Source: Dehalococcoidia bacterium (GTDB lineage: Bacteria > Chloroflexota > Dehalococcoidia > UBA2979). Taken from it: a stretch of 64,000 nt of DNA. The notes under the pieces are model-generated. The model was not told the origin of the DNA, did no database searches, and saw only the letters and a program-made list of their open reading frames with translations. This document shows positions 17,473 through 27,393 of this stretch, in pieces (position 1 is the stretch's first letter; every line of letters begins with the position of its first letter). The stretch is taken from NCBI GenBank assembly GCA_965204835.1, contig OZ242017.1, positions 1,091,842 through 1,155,841 on the forward strand. Reading direction: 5' to 3'. Made by a program: the position numbers and the translations under genes.

Positions 17473-17751
17473 CTACCGCATCCCGCCGAACATGTCGTCG
17501 TCGAGGTCGTCGCCGCGATCGCGGTGGCGGCGCTTGTCGTAGAGGTAGACGCCGTACAGCGCTGCCGCCGCGAGGCCGAGGGGGATGAGGGCGAGCGCGG
17601 GGTGCGTCGCCAGCGCGTAGAACAGGAACAGCACCAGGAGCATGACGCCCATCAGCGCCAGGATGGCCGGCAGCAGGATCTGGAACGCGATGCGCGTGAG
17701 CAGCAGCACCTCGCGGCATCCGCCCGGCGCCTGCTCCTGGGTTTCGTACAT
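17473..17751 (-). CDS. Small hypothetical membrane protein
   Basis: 92 aa with two predicted TM helices (LLTRIAFQILLPAILALMGVMLLVLFLFYALA...LIPLGLAAAALYGVYLY). ATG at 17751. No homology call possible. Confidence 0.4.
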   Translation of the reverse strand: MYETQEQAPGGCREVLLLTRIAFQILLPAILALMGVMLLVLFLFYALATHPALALIPLGLAAAALYGVYLYDKRRHRDRGDDLDDDMFGGMR

Positions 17752-17819
17752 GCCTCCAGCATAGCGGCGCGGCGCGACGAGAGCCGCTACCATCCTCGCG
17801 CGCCGAGGAGGCACACCGC

Positions 17820-18257
17820 ATGCCCGATACCCGTGTCCCGCCCGAGTTCGACGCGTTCCTGGCCGAGCCGCGGAACGCCATCCTGTGCGTCGCGCGAGGC
17901 CCGGGCCGGCCGCCACACGCCACGCCCGTGTGGTTCGAGTACCGCGACGGCGCCTTCCGGGTCTCGACCGTCCGCGCCACGGTGAAGTACCGGCTGCTGC
18001 TCGACGCCCCCGACGTCACGCTCGTGATCGACGATCCGGCGACGTACCAGACCGTCATCGTCTCCGGGCGCGCCTCGGTGGTGGACGACGACGCCTCGCT
18101 CGTCGCGCTGCGGCGGACACTGCGGGCGAAGTACGGCGACTATCCCGGCCCGGCCTCCGACGATGATGAGGAGCTCGCCCGAGCACTCCGCGAGGAGGGC
18201 CGCGTGGTCATCACCATCGAGCCTGAGCTGGTGGTGTCCTGGACGGGCGGGGACTGA
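17820..18257 (+). CDS. PPOX class F420-dependent oxidoreductase / pyridoxamine 5'-phosphate oxidase family protein
   Basis: 145 aa. The pattern PRNAILCVARGPGRPPHATPVWFEYRDGAFRVSTVRATVKYRLLLDAPDVTLVIDD is typical of actinobacterial F420-dependent PPOX-fold enzymes. Confidence 0.7.
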   Translation: MPDTRVPPEFDAFLAEPRNAILCVARGPGRPPHATPVWFEYRDGAFRVSTVRATVKYRLLLDAPDVTLVIDDPATYQTVIVSGRASVVDDDASLVALRRTLRAKYGDYPGPASDDDEELARALREEGRVVITIEPELVVSWTGGD

Positions 18258-18267
18258 GCCGCGGGGC

Positions 18268-18993
18268 CTACTCGCCCCGCCGCGGGTTCTTCACGCCTGT
18301 CTCCAGCTTGTGCCGCACCTCGCGCTGCACGCGGGAGGCGAGGGCGTCCTCGTGCGCGTCGAGGAACGCGCGGACGGCGTCGGGATCGCGCGGGGCGAGC
18401 GTGCGCAGTGCCCATGAGACCGCCTTCACCACCATGTCATCGCGGTCGTGCATCAGCAGCTCGCACAGCGCGAGCGTCCGGGGCGCGTCGCCGGTGCTGC
18501 CCGCGCGCTTCTTGTTGAGCGCCGTCGTCGAGACGAGGGCGGCGCGACGCCACCAGCGGTCGGGCGAGCGCGCCCAGCGGTCGATGCGTGCGTCGTCGAT
18601 GGCGCCTGCGAGCCACGCCGGGCCGGCCAGGAGCGAGCAGTAGGCGTCGACGGACGCCCAGTTGTCCATGCCCGCGCCCAGCGCCTCGATGGCGTCGCCG
18701 TCGAGCGAGGCGAACGCGGTGCGATGGCGTGACAGCAGGATGTAGGCGAGCGTCCGCTCGTCGAACCCCCGGCTCGCGACGAGCCTCGATGCCAACTCGA
18801 CGGCTGCCTCCGGCTCCTCGCGTAGCCGCCGCGCGAGGTCGCCCGCGATGGCCCGCAGTGCGGGCGTGCGCACGCCCCGGATGCGCATCGAGGTGGCGTG
18901 GTAGCCCTCGCCGTGCGCGGCGCGTGCGGGGTCGGCCTCCGCCGCCAGGCGCTCGTCCACCTCGCCCAGCAGCGCGTCGAGGTCCGCGCTCAC
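18268..18993 (-). CDS. DNA alkylation repair protein (AlkD/AlkC-like HEAT-repeat glycosylase family)
   Basis: 241 aa with the family pattern (GYHATSMRIRGVRTPALRAIA ... WASVDAYCSLLAGP ... DMVVKAVSWALR). Confidence 0.75.
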   Translation of the reverse strand: MSADLDALLGEVDERLAAEADPARAAHGEGYHATSMRIRGVRTPALRAIAGDLARRLREEPEAAVELASRLVASRGFDERTLAYILLSRHRTAFASLDGDAIEALGAGMDNWASVDAYCSLLAGPAWLAGAIDDARIDRWARSPDRWWRRAALVSTTALNKKRAGSTGDAPRTLALCELLMHDRDDMVVKAVSWALRTLAPRDPDAVRAFLDAHEDALASRVQREVRHKLETGVKNPRRGE

Positions 18994-19040
18994 GTCAGTG
19001 CGCCTCGGCGACCGCCGTGGAAGTCGGGCCGGGAGGAGGG

Positions 19041-19680
19041 CTACTCAGCGCCTTCCTCCTCCATCCGCCGACGTCGTTCATCCAGTGACTCACCTTCGAA
19101 GTACCAATAGAGGGGACCTTGGGGAGTCCAGATACTCCTCCCGTTTCTCTGGAGGATCGAGCGTGCAGCGCCTGATAGTGAGGTCTCCTCACCCTCGAAG
19201 GCGATCCTGTTGCGTGACACCACCACGGCAGTGAAGGGCTCCTCGCCCTCGTCGGTGATGTCGCTGTATCGGAATTGCAGCTCGGCACCAGCGGCAATGC
19301 CAACCATGTCGAAATTGAATCTGCCGCGACGCACACGGGCTTGTTCCAGGGCTCGACGAGCCTCCTCATCCTCCACAACATCGTCGCGCGGAGTGACTTC
19401 CAGCCCGCCAGTTAGCTGCATGGCCGCGCGGACATGCTCGACTCCGACTCGGAAGAACTCGCGGTTCTTTCGGATACGCTGGGCGTCGAACACCTCGTGT
19501 AGCAGTTGCTCGACCTTGCCTGCGTCATCAACCTCGACGGCCATCACGCACTCGAACGGGACCGGGACACCCGTGTGACGGTCGAGTTCGCGCAGGCGCC
19601 GTTCGAGGTTGGTCGTCTTGCCGATCTTCACAAGATCAGGCATCGCCGGGTTCTCGAGGCAGTAGACGATTCCGGTCATG
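19041..19680 (-). CDS. GIY-YIG (T5orf172-type) nuclease family protein with a C-terminal DUF4357-like domain
   Basis: N-terminus GIVYCLENPAMPDLVKIGKTTNLERRLRELD is a T5orf172/GIY-YIG motif. The C-terminal module (FRYSDITDEGE...SLSGAA...GRSIWTPQGPLYWYFEGESL) is DUF4357-like. The gene body is about 58-60% GC against about 70% in its flanks. Confidence 0.7.
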
Positions 19681-19758
19681 GCACTCTCCGCTGGTCGGCG
19701 TGGTCCGGGGGCGAGTATACGTACGGCGGTCTGCACGTTCGTCGGGCCGGAACCGGCG

Positions 19759-22293
19759 TCAGTGCGCCTCGGCGACGATGCCGGCCTCGGCGCGCTCGAC
19801 GAGGGTGCGCAGGGCGCCGAGGTCCGACGCGGCCAGCTCCGGGTCGGCGTCGAGCAGCGTCTCCGCCTCGCGCCGCGTCGCTTCGATGAGGCGGCCGTCG
19901 AGCAGCGAGGCGACGCGCAGCGACGGGATGCCGGACTGGCGCGTGCCGAACAGCTCGCCCGGCCCTCGCAGCTCGAGGTCGGCTTGCGCCAGCTCGAAGC
20001 CGTTCGAGGTGCGCGCGACGAGCGACAGCCGGTCCTCGGCCTCGGGCGATGGGTCGTCTGCGAGCAGAAAGCACGTCGAGGCGTGGTCGCCGCGCCCGAC
20101 GCGCCCGCGGAACTGGTGCAGCTGCGAGAGCCCGAAGCGGTCCGCGCCCTCGATCACCATCACCGTCGCGTTCGGCACGTCGATGCCGACCTCGACGACG
20201 GCCGTCGAGACGAGCACCGACGCCTCGCCGGAGGCGAAGCGCTGCATGACGGCGTCCTTGTCGCGGCCCGACATGCGGCCGTGCAGCAACTCGATGCGCT
20301 CGGCGAGCTCGGGGAACTGCTCGTGGCGCAGGCGCTCGTACTCCTCGGTCGCGGCGCGCGACACCACGGCGTCCGAGCCCTCCACGAGCGGGCAGATCAC
20401 GAACGCCTGCCTGCCCGCGGCGACCTCGGCGCGCACGTGCTCGAACGCGGCCGGGCGCTCGATCGGCGTGAGCCAGCGTGTCTCGATGGGCGTCCGGCCC
20501 GGCGGCATCTCGTCGATGGTGGAGATGTCGAGGTCCCCGTAGAGCGTGAGCGCGAGCGATCGCGGGATCGGCGTCGCGGTCATGACGAGCAGGTGCGGCG
20601 TCGGCTTCCGGGGCGCTTCGAGGGCGGCGACCTCCTCCTCCTCGGCCTCGTCGGACTGGCCGCGGAGGGCGGCGCGCTGCATGACGCCGAAGCGGTGCTG
20701 CTCGTCGACGACGGCGAGGCCGAGCCGCTCGAAGTCGACGCCCTCCTGGATGAGGGCGTGCGTGCCTACGGCGATCTGCGCGCCGCCGTGCCGGATCGCG
20801 TCGAGGGCCGTGCGCCGCTCCTTCGCGCGCGTCGAGCCGGTGAGCAGCACGACCTGGAGCGGCTGGTCGAGGAAGGGCAGGGCGACGACGCCGTTGAGCG
20901 GCGGCTCGGGTTCGCCCGAGAGGAGCTTGCAGACCGTGCGGAAGTGCTGCTCCGCCAGCACCTCGGTGGGCGCCATGAGCACCGCCTGGTGCCCCGCCGC
21001 GACCGCCGCGAGCATCGCCGCGAGCGCGACCACGGTCTTGCCGGAGCCGACGTCGCCCTGCAGCAACCGCCCCATCGGCTGGGAGCGCGCGATGTCCGCG
21101 AGCACGTCGTCGAGCGAGCGCCGCTGCGCGCCGGTCAGCTCGAACGGCAGCGTGTCGAGGAACGCCTCGGCGGTCTCGCGACCCTCAAAGACCGGGGCGT
21201 CGCCGTGCTGCTCGCGCTCGCGCTTGCGGCGCACGACCCCCAGTTGCACGGCGAGCAGCTCGTCGAAGGCGAGGCGCTGGCGGGCCTGCTCGAGCTGCTC
21301 CTGGTCGTCCGGGTAGTGGATCCGGCGCGTCGCCTCGACGATGCCGGGGAGCCTTTGGCGCTCCCGCATCGCGGCGGGCAGCGGCTCGGGCAGGCGGTCG
21401 GCGAAGCGTTCGAGGAGGTCGGCGATCGCCTCTCGGAGCGCGCGCTGGGGGAGGCCCTGCGTGAGGTGGTAGACGGGCACGAGGCGGCCCGTGTGGCGGA
21501 GGTCGTCGGTGATGCGCTCGTACGCGGGGTTGTCGAACGTCGGCCGCCCGCGGTAGGCGCGCACGTTGCCGGCGACGGCGATCTCGGTGCCGGGCGGGAG
21601 CTGCTTCGCGAGGTAGGGCTGGTTGAACCACACGACGCGGATGCGTGCGCCGCTCGCGTCGCTGATGGTCGCCTCGGTCGCCTGCATCCGCCCACCGCGG
21701 CCCATGCGGATCGCGCGGGCGCGGTCGACCGTGCCGCGGATGGTCTGCTCGTGGCCGATACGCAGCTGCGAGATGGGAACGGTCTTCGAGAAGTCGTGGT
21801 GGCGGTACGGGTAGTGCCGCAGCGCGTCCGCGATGGTCACGACGCCGAGCTTCTCGAGGCGCGTGATATGCGCCTTGCCGAGCTTGGTCCCTGCCTGCGC
21901 GACCGGCAGCTCCAGCGCCTCCGGGCCCGGCGGGATGGGGACGGCCGCAGCGCGTCGAGGAGCCCTCGATGTGCGACGCCGGGGCGTCGCCTGCTTTCGG
22001 GCGGGGGCGCGTCGCTTGCTCGCGCGGCGGCCGTTGGCCGGGCCAGCGTCGAGCGCGTGCGCGACGGTGGCGCGGGCGCGGCGCAGCCACGTGCGACGCT
22101 CTTCGAGGTCGAGCGAGCGGTAGCCGGTCGCGGGCAGCGCGCCGACCATGCGGAGCAGGGGCGAGTTGGGAGGCTCGTCGCGGGCCTGGAGCCGCAGCAT
22201 CTCGTCGAGCCCGCCCTCGACGAGCGCGTCGTTGCAGCCGGCCTCGAACTCGCGCTCGAGGACCATGCCGAGCATCTCGAAGTCGACGGTCAC
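19759..22293 (-). CDS. recG: ATP-dependent DNA helicase RecG
   Basis: Wedge and helicase motifs are present (LTGAQRRSLDDVLADI...LQGDVGSGKTVVAL...DEQHRFGV...). The GTG at 22291-22293 overlaps the fakB stop as GTGA. The N-terminal roughly 100 aa is low-complexity Arg/Pro-rich, so the true start may be internal. Confidence 0.85.
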   Translation of the reverse strand: MTVDFEMLGMVLEREFEAGCNDALVEGGLDEMLRLQARDEPPNSPLLRMVGALPATGYRSLDLEERRTWLRRARATVAHALDAGPANGRRASKRRAPARKQATPRRRTSRAPRRAAAVPIPPGPEALELPVAQAGTKLGKAHITRLEKLGVVTIADALRHYPYRHHDFSKTVPISQLRIGHEQTIRGTVDRARAIRMGRGGRMQATEATISDASGARIRVVWFNQPYLAKQLPPGTEIAVAGNVRAYRGRPTFDNPAYERITDDLRHTGRLVPVYHLTQGLPQRALREAIADLLERFADRLPEPLPAAMRERQRLPGIVEATRRIHYPDDQEQLEQARQRLAFDELLAVQLGVVRRKREREQHGDAPVFEGRETAEAFLDTLPFELTGAQRRSLDDVLADIARSQPMGRLLQGDVGSGKTVVALAAMLAAVAAGHQAVLMAPTEVLAEQHFRTVCKLLSGEPEPPLNGVVALPFLDQPLQVVLLTGSTRAKERRTALDAIRHGGAQIAVGTHALIQEGVDFERLGLAVVDEQHRFGVMQRAALRGQSDEAEEEEVAALEAPRKPTPHLLVMTATPIPRSLALTLYGDLDISTIDEMPPGRTPIETRWLTPIERPAAFEHVRAEVAAGRQAFVICPLVEGSDAVVSRAATEEYERLRHEQFPELAERIELLHGRMSGRDKDAVMQRFASGEASVLVSTAVVEVGIDVPNATVMVIEGADRFGLSQLHQFRGRVGRGDHASTCFLLADDPSPEAEDRLSLVARTSNGFELAQADLELRGPGELFGTRQSGIPSLRVASLLDGRLIEATRREAETLLDADPELAASDLGALRTLVERAEAGIVAEAH

Positions 22294-23153
22294 GTCGCGG
22301 CGGCCGGGGAGCTTCCCTCGGCGGCGACGACGGCGCAGGCGAGCATGCCGGGCCCGGTGTGGACGCCGATGGCGGGTCCCACCTCGCCGGTGATGAACTC
22401 GGCCTCGGGCGCGATGGCGCGGAGTTCCCGGATCAGGTCCTCGGACTCGGCGGCGCTGTCGCCGTGCGCGGCCATCATCTGGTCGATCGGGCCGACCTCG
22501 GAGACGCGACGCAGCATGTCGGCCACGGCCTTCTTGCGCGTGCGGACGCGGCCGGCCGCCTCCACCTCGCCGTCGCGGATCGTCAGCAGGGGCTTCACCC
22601 GCAGCAGCGTGCCGATGGCCGCGCCCGCCCGTCCGATGCGCCCACCGCGCTGCAGGTACTCGAGGGTGTCGAGCAGGAAGTAGGTGTGCGTGCGGCCGAA
22701 CTGGGCGATGGCGAGGTCGCGCGCCTCCTCGAGACTCGCGCCGCCCGCAGCCGCTCGCGCGGCTGAGAGCACGCCGAGGCCCATCGCCATCGTGACGAGT
22801 TCCGAGTCAACGTGCTCGACGCGCACGCCCTCGAGGCCCTGTGCCCCCTGGCGGGCGGAGCCGATGGTGCCGCTCAGCTTCCCGGAGACGTGGATGGACA
22901 GGATCTCCGTGGCGCCCTCCGAGGCCAGTTGCTCGTAGGCGCCCCGGAACGCTCCGGGTGCGGGCGTCGAGGTAGTCGGCAGCACCGACTCGCGCGCGAG
23001 GCGCTCGTAGAACTGCTGCGACTGGATGTCGACGCCATCGAGGAGTTCCTCGTCGCCGAAGAGGACGCTCGCCGGGACGATGGTGATGTTGTGTTCGGCC
23101 GCCACCTCCGGTGGGAGGTCGGCGGTCGAGTCGGTAACGATCCGGATACTCAC
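22290..23153 (-). CDS. DegV family fatty-acid-binding protein (FakB-like)
   Basis: MSIRIVTDSTADLPPEVAAEHNITIVPASVLFGDE is the canonical DegV N-terminus. It is adjacent to the DAK2-domain gene. Confidence 0.85.
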   Translation of the reverse strand: MSIRIVTDSTADLPPEVAAEHNITIVPASVLFGDEELLDGVDIQSQQFYERLARESVLPTTSTPAPGAFRGAYEQLASEGATEILSIHVSGKLSGTIGSARQGAQGLEGVRVEHVDSELVTMAMGLGVLSAARAAAGGASLEEARDLAIAQFGRTHTYFLLDTLEYLQRGGRIGRAGAAIGTLLRVKPLLTIRDGEVEAAGRVRTRKKAVADMLRRVSEVGPIDQMMAAHGDSAAESEDLIRELRAIAPEAEFITGEVGPAIGVHTGPGMLACAVVAAEGSSPAAAT

Positions 23154-23184
23154 GATATCTGGTCCATCCGCGTACGCGTGCTCG

Positions 23185-24798
23185 CTATTCGATGCCCGCG
23201 AGGTAAGGGTAGTGCGGCTGCCCGCCCATGACCACCTCGACCTCCACGTCGGGGTGGGCCGCCTCGATCAGGTCCGTCAGGCTGTCCGCCGCGTCCTCGG
23301 GCGCGTCGGCGCCGAGGATGAGCGTGACGATCTCGCCGTCGTCGCCGATGGCCTCGGCGAGGCCGATCATCAGCGCCTCCTCGGGCGTCTCGGTGCGCGC
23401 CTTCAGCGTGCCGTCGACCAGCACGATGGAGTCGCCGATCTCCACGGCGACGCCGTCGACGGTGGTGTCGCGCACCGCCTCGGTGACCTCGACGTTGCGC
23501 ACGGAGGTCGCGGCCTCCTCGAGCTCCGCGGCGATGCCCTCCAGGTCCTCGCCCGGCACGAACGCGACGGCCGCGGCGAGGCCCGCCGACACCGACTTCG
23601 CGGGCACGACGGTGATGCGGTCCGGCTCCTGCGTGGCGGCCTGCTGCGCCGTCATCACCACGTTCGAGTCGTTGGGGAGGATGAAGGTGTGCTCGGTCCC
23701 GGCGCGCAGCGCCGCCTCCAGCACGTCGCCGGCGCTCGGGTTGTTCGTCGCGCCGCCGTCGACGATGCCCGTCGCGCCGAGGTCGCGGAACGCGATGCGC
23801 AGCCCGTCGCCCTGCACGACGGCGACGAGCCCGACGGGCGGAGCCTCGCCGGCGGCGTCCTCGTGCCCGGCGGCCCACTCGTCGTGCTGGGCCTGCATGT
23901 CTTCAACCTTGACGTTCTGGAGCTCGCCGAACCTCGCGCCGGCGTCCACCGCCGCTGCGGGCGTCTCCATGTGGACGTGGACGTGCAGCGTGCTCGTGTC
24001 GCCGACGACGAGCAGCGAGTCGCCGCCCTCCTCCGTCAGCATGGCGGCCAGCGCGTCGCGGTCCAGGTCTTCGCCGCTCACGAGGTACTCGACGCAGAAG
24101 CCGTGGCCCTCGTGGCCGACGCCTTCGAGCTGGACCATGCCGACCGGGGCCGGGGGCGGCGGCGGGAGGTCTTCGCCGATCACGCCGTAGCGCAGTCCTT
24201 CGAGGAGCACCGCGACGCCCTCGCCGCCGGCGTCCACCACGCCCGCGTCCTGGAGCTGCGGCAGCAGCTCCGGCGTGCGCTCCACGCTGACGCGCGCCGC
24301 GGCGACCGTCGCATCGAGCACCGACGCGAGCGACGGGTCGGGGGCCTGGTTCGCGACGGCGCCCTCGGCGGCCTCGCGCATGACGGTCAGCATCGTCCCC
24401 TCGACCGGCGTCGCGACCGCCGAGTAGGCCGCGGTCGCGGCCGACTCAAGCGCGCCGAGCAACTCGGACGGCCCGACGTCGGCGCTGCCCTCGAGGCCCT
24501 CGGCGAGCCCGCGCACCATCTGGGAGAGGATCACGCCGCTGTTGCCGCGCGCGCCCAGCAGGGCGCCCTGCGCCATCGCCCCCGTGAAGGCGCCGACGTC
24601 CGTGGCGGCTGCCTCCTCGTCGTCGGCGGCGCGCCGCGCGGCGCGCAGGGTGAGCAGCATGTTGGTCCCGGTGTCGCCGTCGGGGACGGGGTAGACGTTG
24701 ATCGCGTTGATGGCGTCGCGGTTCAACTCGAACCACTGGAGTGCGGTGTCGAGGGCGTCGCGGAAGCCTTCCGCATGCAGGCGTTGTGGTGGGGTCAT
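23185..24798 (-). CDS. DAK2 domain fusion protein YloV / fatty acid kinase FakA-like
   Basis: The Dak2 phosphatase-like motif is present (INVYPVPDGDTGTNMLLTL...GARGNSGVILSQ). The protein is 537 aa and sits upstream of the DegV gene, divergent from rpmB, which is a conserved arrangement. Confidence 0.85.
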   Translation of the reverse strand: MTPPQRLHAEGFRDALDTALQWFELNRDAINAINVYPVPDGDTGTNMLLTLRAARRAADDEEAAATDVGAFTGAMAQGALLGARGNSGVILSQMVRGLAEGLEGSADVGPSELLGALESAATAAYSAVATPVEGTMLTVMREAAEGAVANQAPDPSLASVLDATVAAARVSVERTPELLPQLQDAGVVDAGGEGVAVLLEGLRYGVIGEDLPPPPPAPVGMVQLEGVGHEGHGFCVEYLVSGEDLDRDALAAMLTEEGGDSLLVVGDTSTLHVHVHMETPAAAVDAGARFGELQNVKVEDMQAQHDEWAAGHEDAAGEAPPVGLVAVVQGDGLRIAFRDLGATGIVDGGATNNPSAGDVLEAALRAGTEHTFILPNDSNVVMTAQQAATQEPDRITVVPAKSVSAGLAAAVAFVPGEDLEGIAAELEEAATSVRNVEVTEAVRDTTVDGVAVEIGDSIVLVDGTLKARTETPEEALMIGLAEAIGDDGEIVTLILGADAPEDAADSLTDLIEAAHPDVEVEVVMGGQPHYPYLAGIE

Positions 24799-24900
24799 CG
24801 CCTTGCCGTTTCGTGTGCGCGATAGCGTGTCAGTAGGCGCAATGCTACCCTCTTAACCCCGATCGCGTATAACGAATGTTGCCCTGCGGCACGAGGATGG

Positions 24901-25164
24901 TTGGCGATGGCGTCCGGCAAGTGTGACCTCTGCCCGAAGCGCACGAAGTTCGGGCGCAACATTCGCCACAAGCACTCAGGTCGCTGGGAGCGCAAGGCTC
25001 CGCGCACGAACCGCGAGTTCCGCCCCAACGTCCAGAGCAAGCGCCTGCTCATCGATGGCCGCATGCGCCGCGTCAACGTCTGCACGCGCTGCCTGCGCAC
25101 GCAGCTCAAGCGCATGGCCGAGGGCAAGCCCGCGATCCCCGAAGGCGCGCTCGCAAAGGCGTAA
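24901..25164 (+). CDS. rpmB: 50S ribosomal protein L28
   Basis: Zinc-ribbon type L28 (CDLCPKRTKFGRNIRHKHSGRWERKAPRTNREFRPNVQSKRLL...VCTRCLR). The start is ATG 24901 or 24907. Confidence 0.85.
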   Translation: MAMASGKCDLCPKRTKFGRNIRHKHSGRWERKAPRTNREFRPNVQSKRLLIDGRMRRVNVCTRCLRTQLKRMAEGKPAIPEGALAKA

Positions 25165-25211
25165 CGCCCCGCACCCCTGTCCCATGTGAGCCGTGCAGGC
25201 GACCTCGTCGC

Positions 25212-25892
25212 CTACGAGGTGTGTCTGATCGCCGCGTGCAGCCCCGCGATCGCCTCGGCCGGGGTCTCGCGGTCGTTGTAGACCGCCGACCCGGCGACCA
25301 GCAGCGTCGCGCCCGCCTCGACGCACATCGAGGCGTTGTGCGCCTTCACCCCGCCGTCCACCTCGATGACGAGCGGCGCGCCCGCGGCCTCGGCCATCCG
25401 GCGTAGCTCGCCGACCTTCGGCAGCTGGTCGACGAGGAGCTCCTGGCCGCCCCGGCCGGGATGCACCAGCATCACAGTCACCATGTCCAGCGACCCCAGC
25501 CACGGATCGAGGCTCGACGCGGGCGTGGGTGGGCTGATGGCGATGCCGGCCTCGCAGCCCAGCTCGCGCGTGCGCTCGATCGCTCGCTGGGGGTCGGGTG
25601 CGGCCTCGATGTGGAAGATGAGCCGGTCCGCGCCCGCCTCCGCCAGCGGCGCGAGCTGCGCGAGCGGGTTGGCCACCATCATGTGCGCCTCGACGGGCAG
25701 CGTGGTGGCTCGCCGCACCGCTTCGAGCACCAGCGGGCCGAAGCTGATCTCCGGGACGAAGTGCCCGTCCATCACGTCGATGTGCATGACGTCGGCGCCG
25801 CCGGCCTCGGCGGCCGCCACGTCGTCGGCGAGACGGCCGAAGTCGGCGGTGAGGATCGAGGGTGCGATCAGCACCCGCGGCGCGGCGGTCAC
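25212..25892 (-). CDS. rpe: Ribulose-phosphate 3-epimerase
   Basis: Rpe motifs are present (APSILTADFGRL...HIDVMDGHFVPEISFGP...HMMV...VMLVHPGRGGQ). The GTG start at 25892 overlaps the argH stop. The ORF track's long Arg-rich N-terminal extension is rejected. Confidence 0.85.
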   Translation of the reverse strand: MTAAPRVLIAPSILTADFGRLADDVAAAEAGGADVMHIDVMDGHFVPEISFGPLVLEAVRRATTLPVEAHMMVANPLAQLAPLAEAGADRLIFHIEAAPDPQRAIERTRELGCEAGIAISPPTPASSLDPWLGSLDMVTVMLVHPGRGGQELLVDQLPKVGELRRMAEAAGAPLVIEVDGGVKAHNASMCVEAGATLLVAGSAVYNDRETPAEAIAGLHAAIRHTS

Positions 25893-27310
25893 TCGTCCTC
25901 CGCGCGCAGGCGCGCCCGCGCCGCCTCGCGCTGCTCCGCGACCCGCTCGGGCGCGGTACCGCCGGTCGCGCTGCGCGCGGCCAGCGACGCCTCGATGTCC
26001 AGCGCGAGCACCTCCTCGCCGAACGCGGCGTGCGCGGCGCGGTAGTCGTCGATCGTGAGCTCCTCGAACGTCCGGCCGCTGCGCTCGCACTCCGCGACGA
26101 GGGCGCCGACGGCCTCGTGGGCCTCGCGGAACGGCACCCCGCGCCGCACGAGGTGGTCGGCGAGGTCCGTCGCGAGCGCGAAGTCGCCGCCTGCCGCCTC
26201 GCGGCCGCGCGCGGCGTCGAAGCGCAGCGTGGGGACCATGGCCGCAACCACCCCGAGGGTCGCGAGCAGCGTGTCGACCGAGTCGAAGAGCGGCTCCTTG
26301 TCCTCCTGCAGGTCGCGGTTGTACGCCAGCGGCTGGGCCTTGAGCAGCGTGAGCGCCTGCACGAGGTTGCCGATGGCGCGCGCGCTCTTCCCGCGCGCCA
26401 GCTCAGCGACGTCGGGGTTGCGCTTCTGCGGCATGATGCTCGACCCGGTCGAGAAGGCGTCGTCGAGCTGCACGAGGCCGAACTCGGCCGAGGCCCACAG
26501 CACGATCTCCTCGGCGAAGCGCGAGACGTGCACCATCGTGAGTGCGGCGGCGGCGTGGAACTCCACGACAAAGTCACGGTCCGCCACCGCGTCCAGCGAG
26601 TTGGCCGCGACAGCGTCGAACCCCAGCTCGCGCGCCACGAGCTCGCGGTCGATGGGGTAGCCCACGCCGGCGAGCGCGCCCGAGCCGAGCGGCAGCACGT
26701 TTGCGGTCGCGCGCGCGGCGCGGAAGCGCGCGGCGTCGCGGGTCAGCATCTCCTCGTAGGCCTGGAGGTGGTGCGCGAGCAGCACCGGCTGCGCGCGCTG
26801 GAGGTGGGTGTACCCGGAGATCACCGTCTCCGCCTCGTGCTCGGCGAGGTCGAGCAGCGCGCCCCGCAGCGCCGCGAGGCGCTCGACGGCCTCGTCGCAC
26901 GCGGCGCGCACGAACATCCGCAGGTCCGTCGCGACCTGGTCGTTGCGGGAGCGTGCGGTGTGGAGCCGTCGCGCTGGCTCGCCGATCCGCTCGGCGAGCG
27001 CGGCCTCGATGTTGAGGTGGATGTCCTCGCGGTCCTCGCGGAACTCGAAGTCGCCGGCGGCGATCTCGGCCTCGATGGCCCCGAGGCCCGTGACGATGGC
27101 GTCGCGGTCGTCGTCGGAGATGATTCCCTGCGCGGCCAGCATCCGGGCATGCGCGATCGAACCCGCGATGTCCTCGCGGTAGAGCCGCCGGTCGAAGGCA
27201 ATCGAGGCGCCGTACGCCTCGACGAGCGCGTCCGTGGCGCCCTCGAAGCGGCCGCCCCAGAGCTTGGCCTCGCCGCCGGCGGATGGAGCCGAGTCGCCGT
27301 CCTCGTTCAT
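25889..27310 (-). CDS. argH: Argininosuccinate lyase
   Basis: 473 aa with lyase_1 signatures (GRFE...SSIMPQKRNPD...). Confidence 0.9.
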   Translation of the reverse strand: MNEDGDSAPSAGGEAKLWGGRFEGATDALVEAYGASIAFDRRLYREDIAGSIAHARMLAAQGIISDDDRDAIVTGLGAIEAEIAAGDFEFREDREDIHLNIEAALAERIGEPARRLHTARSRNDQVATDLRMFVRAACDEAVERLAALRGALLDLAEHEAETVISGYTHLQRAQPVLLAHHLQAYEEMLTRDAARFRAARATANVLPLGSGALAGVGYPIDRELVARELGFDAVAANSLDAVADRDFVVEFHAAAALTMVHVSRFAEEIVLWASAEFGLVQLDDAFSTGSSIMPQKRNPDVAELARGKSARAIGNLVQALTLLKAQPLAYNRDLQEDKEPLFDSVDTLLATLGVVAAMVPTLRFDAARGREAAGGDFALATDLADHLVRRGVPFREAHEAVGALVAECERSGRTFEELTIDDYRAAHAAFGEEVLALDIEASLAARSATGGTAPERVAEQREAARARLRAEDE

Positions 27311-27393
27311 CGTTCGAGGCTACATCGGGGCCCTGCGGTGCGCGAGCGGGCCACTCGCCTGGCGAGGTATCGTGCAGGCGGATCGGAGGGTCC

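Noticed and set aside
25212-26090. Long N-terminal extension of rpe (MRAQRPDVRGAHDRRLPRRARR...) in the ORF track.
   Set aside because: The extension overlaps argH coding sequence and is Arg-rich low complexity. The conserved Rpe N-terminus begins at the GTG 25892, which overlaps the argH stop.
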